Source of the DNA: Clostridia bacterium
GTDB taxonomy: Bacteria; Bacillota; Clostridia; Oscillospirales; CAG-272
Assembly: GCA_017503325.1 (NCBI GenBank)
Contig: JAFVTI010000006.1
Span: 14,947 to 78,946, forward strand
DNA length: 64,000 nt
Reading direction: 5' to 3'
The translations under genes and the position numbers were made by a program. This document shows positions 18,330-26,332 of this stretch, piece by piece; position 1 is the stretch's first letter; the number at the start of each line of letters is the position of its first letter. The notes beneath the pieces were generated by a model. It did not search any database. It was not told where the DNA came from and worked only from the letters and a program-made list of their open reading frames with translations.

Positions 18330-19505
18330 ATGCAACTTAATTTAGGAACCAAAATCAGAGAATTACGCCGACGCGACGGACGCACGCAAGATAATCTTGC
18401 AGAAGCTCTTGGTGTAACCGCGCAGGCGGTGTCGCGCTGGGAGTCTGGAGGCAGTTATCCCGATATGGAGATGATCCCGGCTATTGCAAATTATTTTCAT
18501 ATTTCTATCGATGAGCTGTTTGGATATCAGGATGACAGAGACAAAAAGATTCAATCTATTCTTGATTCTGCTGACAAGATACTGACAAAGCAAGGCTTTA
18601 TCATATCAAACGGTAGTCTGACCGATGACGTATATGATTGTATCAATATGCTAAGAGAGGCATCCGAGGAGTTTCCCAATGAACCCAAGATCCTTTCGAA
18701 GCTTGCCAATGCACTCCACATGTGGGGATGGCACGTACACGGTGCACACGCGCATGCGCTGGATGATTCGGGTGTGTATCATGATGATATCGCGTATAAC
18801 GCAAAGAATGAATATTGGCAGGAAGCAGTGCGCGTGTATGAAAGAATATTGAAGTGCGATCCTACACCGGATGAAAGAGAAAGTACCATAATTGCGGTGG
18901 TAAATCTTTACAGTCAAATGGGGGAATACGAAAAGGCAAAGGCGATTGTGATGCAGCAGAATCCGCTGCGAATCAGCAAGGAAGTCTTGTTGCCCAAGGC
19001 AACCACAGGAGAGGAGAAGGAAAAGGCAGAGGCATACCGTATCATGAATCTGTTGCATTGCCTTGGTAATGCAATTATCAACACGCTTGCCATGCGACCC
19101 GCATTGTCCTTGTCGGAATATGGAAAAGATTTGTATTTAGCTGTCATAAAGGTGTATGAATCCATTTTTGCTGACGGTAGATGCGGAGACTGGCACGTGC
19201 AAATTTGCCTATTATATTTGCAGCTGGCACATCGCGAAGCACATGGCGGTGGCAGCATGGAAAAGATTATGGAGTATTTCGACATGGCGTTTGAGCATTA
19301 CAAGGAATATGATTGCATTTATCATCAACTTGAAAAAGGAGAGGAATATGCGTATTCTGCCCCTTTGGTCAGCACCTTGAAGGAAGGAAAGGGCGACCTT
19401 TCAACTTTTTCCGAAAACTTTTGGGAGTATGAGTTAAAGGCTTACACAAAAGAGGTTTTGGACGAAATCCGCAAAAACCCCAAATATGCCGAGTGCTTTG
19501 CATAA
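18330..19505 (+). CDS. XRE-family HTH transcriptional regulator with a long helical (TPR-like) C-terminal domain
   Basis: N-terminal HTH LRRRDGRTQDNLAEALGVTAQAVSRWESG, followed by ~320 aa of helical repeat-like sequence. Confidence 0.8.
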   Translation: MQLNLGTKIRELRRRDGRTQDNLAEALGVTAQAVSRWESGGSYPDMEMIPAIANYFHISIDELFGYQDDRDKKIQSILDSADKILTKQGFIISNGSLTDDVYDCINMLREASEEFPNEPKILSKLANALHMWGWHVHGAHAHALDDSGVYHDDIAYNAKNEYWQEAVRVYERILKCDPTPDERESTIIAVVNLYSQMGEYEKAKAIVMQQNPLRISKEVLLPKATTGEEKEKAEAYRIMNLLHCLGNAIINTLAMRPALSLSEYGKDLYLAVIKVYESIFADGRCGDWHVQICLLYLQLAHREAHGGGSMEKIMEYFDMAFEHYKEYDCIYHQLEKGEEYAYSAPLVSTLKEGKGDLSTFSENFWEYELKAYTKEVLDEIRKNPKYAECFA

Positions 19506-19510
19506 GTTCA

Positions 19511-19536
19511 AGCCCCGCCTTGCGCGGGGCTTTTTT
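19511..19536 (+). terminator. Rho-independent terminator
   Basis: Stem gccccgc / gcggggc followed by TTTTTT. Confidence 0.7.
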
Positions 19537-19604
19537 GCGTATGACAGTTGTGCAAGAGCGTCCGTATGAGCATCACGCGGACGATCCTTCACGTCAATGA
19601 ACAT

Positions 19605-19632
19605 AAAAAAGCGACCTTTAGCAAAGGTCGCT
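19605..19632 (-). terminator. Rho-independent terminator overlapping the PPTase stop codon
   Basis: Stem gcgaccttt / aaaggtcgc, with a T run on the minus strand. Confidence 0.5.
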
Positions 19633-20238
19633 TTCTATAATGCTTGCCACGTATCCGTCGGGGGCGTCAGGGGTCAGAAGGGGAATGGCACACACCGTGT
19701 GCGCTGCGGGGTCAAACGCGACCGCGCTAAGATCGGTCGAGATGCCCGTGCCGGTCATTTTGACGTAAGATTCCTTGGCCGTCCAGGTGCGATAAAAGCG
19801 CGTGCAGATCTCGGGATCGATCACGGTCTCGGTTGCGGGTGTTGTGCCGCCCCAAATGTATGCCGCCTCGTCCTTGGTAAAATACCGAGCCACCATCCCC
19901 GCGCGAAACGGTTTTATCTGCTCAATATCCACGCCGATGGGCTTGTCAGACACGGCACACAGCACGTAGAGGCCGCTGTGACTGACGTTGAAATACAAGG
20001 GCACGTTGGCACTCGGCTTGCCCTTGTACCCGATCGTAAACGCGATTTCCTCGGGTGCTTTACCGCTTGCATCAGCAAGCATCCTGCGCGCCAGCATATC
20101 GGCGCAAAGGCAGCGGCGGCGGTCGTCCTCGTGCCGAAAACGATCGGCACGCGCGCGTCGCTCTTCGTTTGCGGCGCGGTACATTTCGGCATACTGCTGC
20201 TCGTCAAAGTCGTTTATGTTGCAGATTTCGTACTTCAT
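19618..20238 (-). CDS. 4'-phosphopantetheinyl transferase (Sfp type)
   Basis: Motifs PIGVDIE and FTAKESYVKMTG. ATG 20238 follows a GGGAGGTG RBS; the track ORF extends spuriously to 20370. Confidence 0.85.
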   Translation of the reverse strand: MKYEICNINDFDEQQYAEMYRAANEERRARADRFRHEDDRRRCLCADMLARRMLADASGKAPEEIAFTIGYKGKPSANVPLYFNVSHSGLYVLCAVSDKPIGVDIEQIKPFRAGMVARYFTKDEAAYIWGGTTPATETVIDPEICTRFYRTWTAKESYVKMTGTGISTDLSAVAFDPAAHTVCAIPLLTPDAPDGYVASIIESDLC

Positions 20239-20302
20239 ACCGCACCTCCCGTTCGTTATAAAGCTATTATACCAAAGACTACCCCGACAGTCAAGCAAAA
20301 TC

Positions 20303-20331
20303 TTGACATGCAGGGCAATTTGGGGTATAAT
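20303..20331 (+). promoter_or_regulatory. Consensus sigma-A-type promoter
   Basis: TTGACA, 17 nt, TATAAT. It lies 29 nt upstream of ATG 20360. Confidence 0.6.
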
Positions 20332-20359
20332 ATTGATAATACATTGTAAGGAAAACGGA

Positions 20360-21139
20360 ATGAAGATCAAGAATTACTCGTTTGAAACAGAAAAGCTTGG
20401 CCGCAGCCTGCGCATCGCGCTTGTGTCCGATCTGCACAGCCGTGAGCCGCTTGCCGTGATCGAAGCGGTGGGCAAGATCCGACCCGATCTTATATGCATT
20501 GCGGGCGATTTGACCGAGGCTCTGGACGGCAGCATGGACGACAAGAATACCTACGGCTTTGCCGCGCTTGGCGCGCTTTGTGCCATCGCGCCCACGTTTT
20601 ATGCACCCGGCAATCACGAGATCGCGGCCTATCACCGCCATCACGTAGTCACGCCCAACCCTCAGCCGGGCACAGATCGCATCAGCGCGGCAAACAGAGA
20701 GCGCATCAGAGCCGCGGGCGCACATTTTCTGGAAAACACCTATGAAGAATGGCAGGGCATTGCCATAGGCGGCCTTGGCTCGGGGATGCTGGAGCCCGAC
20801 CGCAGGCCGCGCGTGGACGATCTTGGCGGATTTTTCGCCTATGACGGCGTTAAGATCCTGATCTGCCATCACCCCGAGTATTACGCAAAATATCTGCGCG
20901 ACCGCGACGTGGATCTGGTGCTTTCGGGGCACGCGCACGGCGGCCAGTGGCGACTGTTTGGCCTTGGACTTTACGCGCCGGATCAAGGACTTTTCCCAAA
21001 ATACACCTCGGGCGTGCATGAGGATACGCTGGTCATTTCCAGAGGAACTGCCAACACGGGCGGCATCATTCCGCGCTTGTTCAATCCGCGCGAGGTGGTC
21101 TGCATCCGTATCAATGAAACTAAGGAGAGAAAATCATGA
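20360..21139 (+). CDS. Calcineurin-like metallophosphoesterase
   Basis: Blocks DLHS, GDLTE, GNHE, HHP and GHAHGG. The start is at MKIKNY; the track ORF's upstream part is antisense to the PPTase gene. Confidence 0.85.
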   Translation: MKIKNYSFETEKLGRSLRIALVSDLHSREPLAVIEAVGKIRPDLICIAGDLTEALDGSMDDKNTYGFAALGALCAIAPTFYAPGNHEIAAYHRHHVVTPNPQPGTDRISAANRERIRAAGAHFLENTYEEWQGIAIGGLGSGMLEPDRRPRVDDLGGFFAYDGVKILICHHPEYYAKYLRDRDVDLVLSGHAHGGQWRLFGLGLYAPDQGLFPKYTSGVHEDTLVISRGTANTGGIIPRLFNPREVVCIRINETKERKS

Positions 21140-21642
21140 AAATTTTGGTTGTCGTAGATATGCAAAACGATTTTATTGACGGTGCGCTGGGCACGGCCAA
21201 GGCCGTTACCATCGTGCCTGCAGTCAAGGCGCTGATCGAGGGCTTTGACGGTAAGGTGCTTTTCACGCGCGACACGCATTTTGAAAATTATATGCAAACC
21301 GAGGAGGGCAAGCATCTGCCCGTGCCGCATTGCATCAAAGATACCGACGGCTGGCAGATCCGCCCCGAGCTGGACGCGCTGCGCACTACGGATGCGATCG
21401 ACAAGTTGACCTTTGGCTCCAAGGAGCTGATCGCGCTGCTGGCATCCGAGCAGAATATCGAGAGCATCACGCTGTGCGGCCTTTGTACCGATATCTGCGT
21501 CATTTCCAACGCCCTCTTGATCAAGGCTAATTATCCCGAAATTCCGCTTTACGTGGTCGAGTCCGCCTGCGCGGGCGTGACCCCGGAAAGCCACAAGAAC
21601 GCACTTGACGCTATGCGTATGTGTCAGGTGGAGATCATTTGA
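21136..21642 (+). CDS. Isochorismatase-family cysteine hydrolase (nicotinamidase/pyrazinamidase-like)
   Basis: VVVDMQNDF (Asp) and CGLCTDICV (Cys nucleophile). The start overlaps the previous stop (ATGA). Confidence 0.85.
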   Translation: MKILVVVDMQNDFIDGALGTAKAVTIVPAVKALIEGFDGKVLFTRDTHFENYMQTEEGKHLPVPHCIKDTDGWQIRPELDALRTTDAIDKLTFGSKELIALLASEQNIESITLCGLCTDICVISNALLIKANYPEIPLYVVESACAGVTPESHKNALDAMRMCQVEII

Positions 21643-21646
21643 CAAT

Positions 21647-23347
21647 ATGAATGACCGTGAACTGATAGAGTTATTCACCGCGCGCCATCTGCAGGCCGTC
21701 GAGCAAACCGAGGCCGCGTACAAGGCGTACTGCACGGGGATCGCGCAAAGCCTCCTGCAGGACGCGCAGGATGTCGAGTCTTGCGTTAGCGAGGTATGGA
21801 TGCTTGCCTGGGATCTCGTCCCCGTGCAAAAGCCCCAAAATCTCAAGCTCTTCGTGGGAAAACTGACTCGCAAGACTTGCTTTGCGCATCTTGAAAACGT
21901 GCCCGAGAGTGCCTCTACCGAGCTTACAGCGGTGCTTTATGAGCTTGGTGAGCTCGCGTCCGACGAGGCAGACCCCAGCGCGCAGATCCCGGACGAGAAA
22001 TTCTGCAGAATCCTGCATACCTATCTGCAAGGACTTTCCGAGCGGGAGTGCTGCATGTTTGTGCGCCGCTACTATTTTGCGGAAAGCATTGAGCGCATCG
22101 CGCTGCGCTACGATCTGACTAAAGCCGACACGGTGCAGATTCTGGGCATTGTCAGAAACGGGCTGCGAGCGGTGCTTGGTCGCAAGGTTTGCATGCACGA
22201 GCTTTCGGTTCTTGCGCTGATGGGCGAGATCGATCCCGTGATGATCGAGAGCTCGGAGCATTACAAGCCCGCAAGAAACCAGCGTCGTAAGCGTAAAAAG
22301 CTCAAAAAATCGCATAAGGTATTGATCATTCTTGCCGCGCTGCTGCTGTTGCTTGTCATTGTGCCTGCGATTACCGCATGGCTGATCGACGGCTACGTGC
22401 AGCGCGAGTGGAATGAATACGACGGCACCGCGCTTGGCGTGCTGGATTATTTTCTGACGCAGGACGATAACCTTGTCTCCAATCTGATCGGAGAGGACGG
22501 CAGGGAAAGGCTGCACCAAAGCATTGACGCTGCAGGTGCTTCCACGCAAATCGTGCTGCACGGCTCGGAGGGGCTGATTTACACATCCTTGGACAACGGC
22601 ACCTGCATGGTCACGGGCATGGTTTGGAAAGGGGATAAGCACGTGCTCATTCCCATGATCTCTCCCGAGGGCGAAATTGTCGTGGCGATCGATGCGCACG
22701 CCTTTGATCAGAATCGGGCCATTACCGAGGTGACCGTCCCGATCACCGTTTTGCAGATCGAAAGATTTGCATTCCAGGGCTGCGAGAGCCTGCAGGCGGT
22801 GCACCTTCCCGCGTCGCTGCAGCGCATCAGTGTGGGCGTGTTCAACAATTGCAAAAATCTGACCTCGCTGCATATTCCCGCCGGCGTCTCTCAAATCGGC
22901 TCGGGAATCCTGAGCGGCTGCACGTCTCTTGAGAGCATTACGGTCGATCCCTTGAATATTTTTTATCACAGCAAGAACAATTGCCTGATCAGCACCTTGG
23001 ACGGTATGCTGCTCGCAGGCGCTGGCAGCAGTATCGTCGTACCGGATAATGTCAAGGGCATTGCAATCAGCGCGTTTGAAAATCAAACCAAGCTCAACGA
23101 GATCTATATTCCCGAGGGTGTGACAAGCATTGGCGAGTATGCATTTTTCAATTGCTATTCTCTTGAACGCATCACGCTGCCCAAGAGCCTTGATGAGGTT
23201 GGCTACCGCGCATTCGCGGGCTGCACAAGACTTGCCGAGGTGTCCTACGCAGGATCTGCGCAGGATTTTGGCAAAATTGACTTCAAGGCAGAGAACACCT
23301 GTCTGCAAAACGCGGATATTCAGTACGATTATCAACCGGAATCATAA
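21647..23347 (+). CDS. Single-polypeptide fusion of an ECF-like sigma-70 domain, a TM helix and an extracytoplasmic BspA-type leucine-rich-repeat domain
   Basis: The N-terminal ~190 aa look like sigma regions 2 and 4 (..VSEVWMLAW.., LSERECCMFVRRYYF..SIERIA). A basic stretch and TM helix follow (RRKRKKLKKSHKVLIILAALLLLLVIV). About 300 aa of ~23-aa repeats come next (I.IP..V..IG..AF..C..L). Confidence 0.7.
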   Translation: MNDRELIELFTARHLQAVEQTEAAYKAYCTGIAQSLLQDAQDVESCVSEVWMLAWDLVPVQKPQNLKLFVGKLTRKTCFAHLENVPESASTELTAVLYELGELASDEADPSAQIPDEKFCRILHTYLQGLSERECCMFVRRYYFAESIERIALRYDLTKADTVQILGIVRNGLRAVLGRKVCMHELSVLALMGEIDPVMIESSEHYKPARNQRRKRKKLKKSHKVLIILAALLLLLVIVPAITAWLIDGYVQREWNEYDGTALGVLDYFLTQDDNLVSNLIGEDGRERLHQSIDAAGASTQIVLHGSEGLIYTSLDNGTCMVTGMVWKGDKHVLIPMISPEGEIVVAIDAHAFDQNRAITEVTVPITVLQIERFAFQGCESLQAVHLPASLQRISVGVFNNCKNLTSLHIPAGVSQIGSGILSGCTSLESITVDPLNIFYHSKNNCLISTLDGMLLAGAGSSIVVPDNVKGIAISAFENQTKLNEIYIPEGVTSIGEYAFFNCYSLERITLPKSLDEVGYRAFAGCTRLAEVSYAGSAQDFGKIDFKAENTCLQNADIQYDYQPES

Positions 23348-23356
23348 ATAGAATGA

Positions 23357-23389
23357 CCCGCCAACGGCCAAGCCGTTGGCGGGGTTTTG
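23357..23389. terminator. Bidirectional terminator between convergent genes
   Basis: Stem cccgccaacggc / gccgttggcggg followed by TTTT. Confidence 0.7.
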
Positions 23390-23396
23390 TTTCTGA

Positions 23397-25112
23397 TTAT
23401 GCCTCTAAGGTCTTCTTGTATCCTTCCAGCTTTGCAAGCACCTCGTCCTTGTCCTTGCCAAGCAGCAGGAAGTAGAACTTGATCTTGGGCTCGGTGCCCG
23501 AAGGACGAACCACGATCACGTCGCCGTTTGTCAGCTTGAAGTACAGCACGTTGGACTTGGGCAGACCCGTGGGGGTCTTTTTGCCGGTTGCAAGCTCGGT
23601 AAAGGTCTCGGTCTTGTAGTCACCGAACAGCTCTACGGGTACGTCACCAAAGGTTGCGGGGGGATCGTTGCGCAGCGTGTCCATCATGGCGGCCATGCGT
23701 GCAGCACCGTCTAAGCCCTCCATATAGATCTCCACGTTGGTCTCGTAGCAATAGCCGTAGCGTGCGTACAATCCTTGGAGCGCATCGCCCAGTGTCATGT
23801 TCTTTGCCTTGTAGTATGCGGTCATCTCGCAGATCAGCATGGACGCCACCACAGCGTCCTTGTCGCGCGCGTACGTGCCCTTGAGGTAGCCGTAGCTTTC
23901 CTCAAAACCAAGGATGAACGAGCCATAGCCCTTTGCCTCGTAGTTCTTGATGACCTCACCGATGAACTTAAATCCTGTCAGCACGTTGTGCATGGTCACG
24001 TTGTGCGCTGCGCAGATGGCAGCTGCCAGCTCGGTGGAAACGATGGTCTTGACAGCGTAAGGATGTGCGGGCATGCTGCCGGTCTCCTCGTAAGCGGTCA
24101 GAATGTAGTCAAGCAGCAAAGCACCCATCTGGTTGCCCGTAATGGTCATAAACGAACCGTCAGCCGTTCTGGTCATAACGCCCACGCGGTCAGCGTCGGG
24201 GTCGGTTGCTACGATCAGATCGCTACCAACGCGGTTTGCGATCTCAATACCCAGCTCAAATACCTGCGGATACTCGGGATTGGGCTTGGGAACGGTGGGG
24301 AAGTTGCCGTCAATGATCATCTGCTCGGGTACGGTGTACAGATTCTTCAGACCGATGCGTCTCATGACCTCGGGTACGAGCTTATGACCCGTGCCGTGCA
24401 GAGGGGTGTAAACGATGGCAAGATCATCAGAGACAGCCTTGACCGCGTCGGGATTGACTGCCTGTGCGACAACCTGTGCAAGATACTTTTCATCGGTTTC
24501 TGCACCCAGCATGACAATCAGACCGTCGGAGAGTGCTTTGTCAAAATCGGCCAGCTTGACGTCAGCAAAGATATCAAGTGCCTCCATTTCGGCGCTGACC
24601 GTATCGGCGTGCTCGGGGGGCAGCTGTGCGCCGTCCTCCCAGTATGCCTTGTAGCCGTTATACTGCTTGGGGTTATGGGATGCGGTGATGTTGATGCCCG
24701 CCACGCAGCCGTATTCGCGCAGGGCGAAGGAAAGCTCAGGGGTGGGGCGCAGATCGTCAAACAGGTAGGACTTGATGCCTGCAGCAGCCAGCACCTGCGC
24801 AGAGGTCTTTGCAAAGAGTGCGGAGTTGTTGCGGCTGTCGTAGGCAATGGCAACGCCGTCGGCAGCGCGGCCCTCCTTGATGATCAGATTGGCAAGACCC
24901 TGCGTCGCATATGCCACGGTATGTACGTTCATGGCGTTCATGCCCGTTTTCATAATGCCGCGCAAGCCGGCCGTGCCGAAAGAGAGATACGAGGTAAAGC
25001 GCAGACGGATCTCACCGTCATCGTCACGGATGCTTGCAAGCTCGGCCTTTTCTGCGTCACTGAGCTTGTCGCTCTCCAACCAACGAAGATAATTCTTCAT
25101 ATACTGTTCCAT
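23397..25112 (-). CDS. Phosphoglucomutase / phosphomannomutase family protein
   Basis: Active-site loop GINITASHNP in a 571-aa four-domain alpha-D-phosphohexomutase layout. Confidence 0.9.
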   Translation of the reverse strand: MEQYMKNYLRWLESDKLSDAEKAELASIRDDDGEIRLRFTSYLSFGTAGLRGIMKTGMNAMNVHTVAYATQGLANLIIKEGRAADGVAIAYDSRNNSALFAKTSAQVLAAAGIKSYLFDDLRPTPELSFALREYGCVAGINITASHNPKQYNGYKAYWEDGAQLPPEHADTVSAEMEALDIFADVKLADFDKALSDGLIVMLGAETDEKYLAQVVAQAVNPDAVKAVSDDLAIVYTPLHGTGHKLVPEVMRRIGLKNLYTVPEQMIIDGNFPTVPKPNPEYPQVFELGIEIANRVGSDLIVATDPDADRVGVMTRTADGSFMTITGNQMGALLLDYILTAYEETGSMPAHPYAVKTIVSTELAAAICAAHNVTMHNVLTGFKFIGEVIKNYEAKGYGSFILGFEESYGYLKGTYARDKDAVVASMLICEMTAYYKAKNMTLGDALQGLYARYGYCYETNVEIYMEGLDGAARMAAMMDTLRNDPPATFGDVPVELFGDYKTETFTELATGKKTPTGLPKSNVLYFKLTNGDVIVVRPSGTEPKIKFYFLLLGKDKDEVLAKLEGYKKTLEA

Positions 25113-25148
25113 GATCGCGTTCTCCTTTATTTGTATAATAATTTTTAA

Positions 25149-25409
25149 TTACTGAAGATTCTGCTCCAGAGCCTGTGCAAGCTGATCGGGGCAGGAGGTG
25201 GGCTTGAAGCCGCATTTGATGCCGCGCAGACGGCGAATGGCTTCCTCTGCGCTCATGCCGATCACCAGCGCAGCGACACCCTGGGTGTTGCCGTGGCAGC
25301 CGCCAACGAAAGCAGCTTCGGTGATAATGCCGTCCTCAACGACGAGGTTGATCTGTCGGGAGCAAACGCCCGAGGTCTTGTAATTGATGGTTTGTTTCAT
25401 GGTATTCAT
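25149..25409 (-). CDS. TSCPD-domain protein (TIGR03905-like small protein)
   Basis: 86-aa protein with GGCHGNTQG and CGFKPTSCPDQ motifs. Confidence 0.75.
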   Translation of the reverse strand: MNTMKQTINYKTSGVCSRQINLVVEDGIITEAAFVGGCHGNTQGVAALVIGMSAEEAIRRLRGIKCGFKPTSCPDQLAQALEQNLQ

Positions 25410-25423
25410 TCCTTTTTATGTAA

Positions 25424-26332
25424 TTATTTGATCAAATAGAATCCGATGGGAGTGATATCCGCGCAAAATAGCGAAAGGTAGATCAGAAAGGGGTAAAGGG
25501 TGTCGGGAGAGATTGCAAGGCGCAGGCGGAAGGTATCGCTGTCCTGCCCCTTGTAGGTTGCCGTGTGCAGTACGCTGTGGCCGCAAAGTGCAGCGATGCC
25601 GATCACCTCGCCGATCTCACCCTCGTTGGCAGGCGTGCACAGAAAATCCAGGCAATACGCCTCTTGCGGGCGCACGGGTATGAGTGATTTGCGTACCAAT
25701 GCAAAGGCAGTATAGCCGTCGTTGGCACCCGGCACGCGACAGAGCGCGCAAATGCGCAGATCATAAAGCTCGATCAGACGGAACAGTCCTGCAAGCAAGC
25801 CCTCTGCCGCGGATTCCACGGGCAGAATACCGTATTCACAACGCCCTCCGCGCACCTCCTGACAAACGTCGTCAAAATGGTGATAGTACGCGACGCGACG
25901 GTGCTTGATAAAGCCCGTCAGCTCCATAAAGGCCTGCTCGGTATAGCTGTTTTGCACGTACGCCACGCGTCCCTCGGCATCGGCTGTCGGGGGCGTGTCA
26001 CGACCGAAAAGATCGTTAAACAAAGCATCATAAGCGTTCGGGTAGACTGTTGCGATCTCCGTGCACAGCGTGATCAGATCGGCATGTCGCATGGCGATTG
26101 TGTAAGGATCGGCTTGTCTGTTCTCCGGGAAAAGTCGCTCGTAAAGCGTCAGAAGCGTATCGCGATCCGGGATCTCGGACAAGGAAAGCTCACCCACCAG
26201 CTCACCAAAATGAAAGGCGCGCGCGAGGTGCAGCGGCTTCTGCCGATCAGCGATCTCCAAAAGATTCTGCTGTACGATCTCGGTAAAATCATGGGCGCTT
26301 GGCAGCGCGTACGCGCGGTAATCGTTGCTCAT
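25424..26332 (-). CDS. Prephenate-dehydratase-like protein with a degenerate catalytic motif and an ~110-aa N-terminal extension
   Basis: RVAYVQNSYTEQAF...CEYGILPVESAAEGLL resembles the PDT N-lobe. The expected TRF motif reads TAF (GYTAFALV). An ACT-like tail follows. Confidence 0.45.
   Translation of the reverse strand: MSNDYRAYALPSAHDFTEIVQQNLLEIADRQKPLHLARAFHFGELVGELSLSEIPDRDTLLTLYERLFPENRQADPYTIAMRHADLITLCTEIATVYPNAYDALFNDLFGRDTPPTADAEGRVAYVQNSYTEQAFMELTGFIKHRRVAYYHHFDDVCQEVRGGRCEYGILPVESAAEGLLAGLFRLIELYDLRICALCRVPGANDGYTAFALVRKSLIPVRPQEAYCLDFLCTPANEGEIGEVIGIAALCGHSVLHTATYKGQDSDTFRLRLAISPDTLYPFLIYLSLFCADITPIGFYLIK

Noticed and set aside
19988-20359. The 124-aa N-terminal extension of the metallophosphoesterase ORF. 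The extensions of 28172-29884, 37042-37134, 37782-37931 and 55649-56770 are similar cases.
   Set aside because: Each extension lacks an RBS, overlaps a neighbouring gene or promoter, and precedes an internal Met that has a strong RBS and the canonical family N-terminus.
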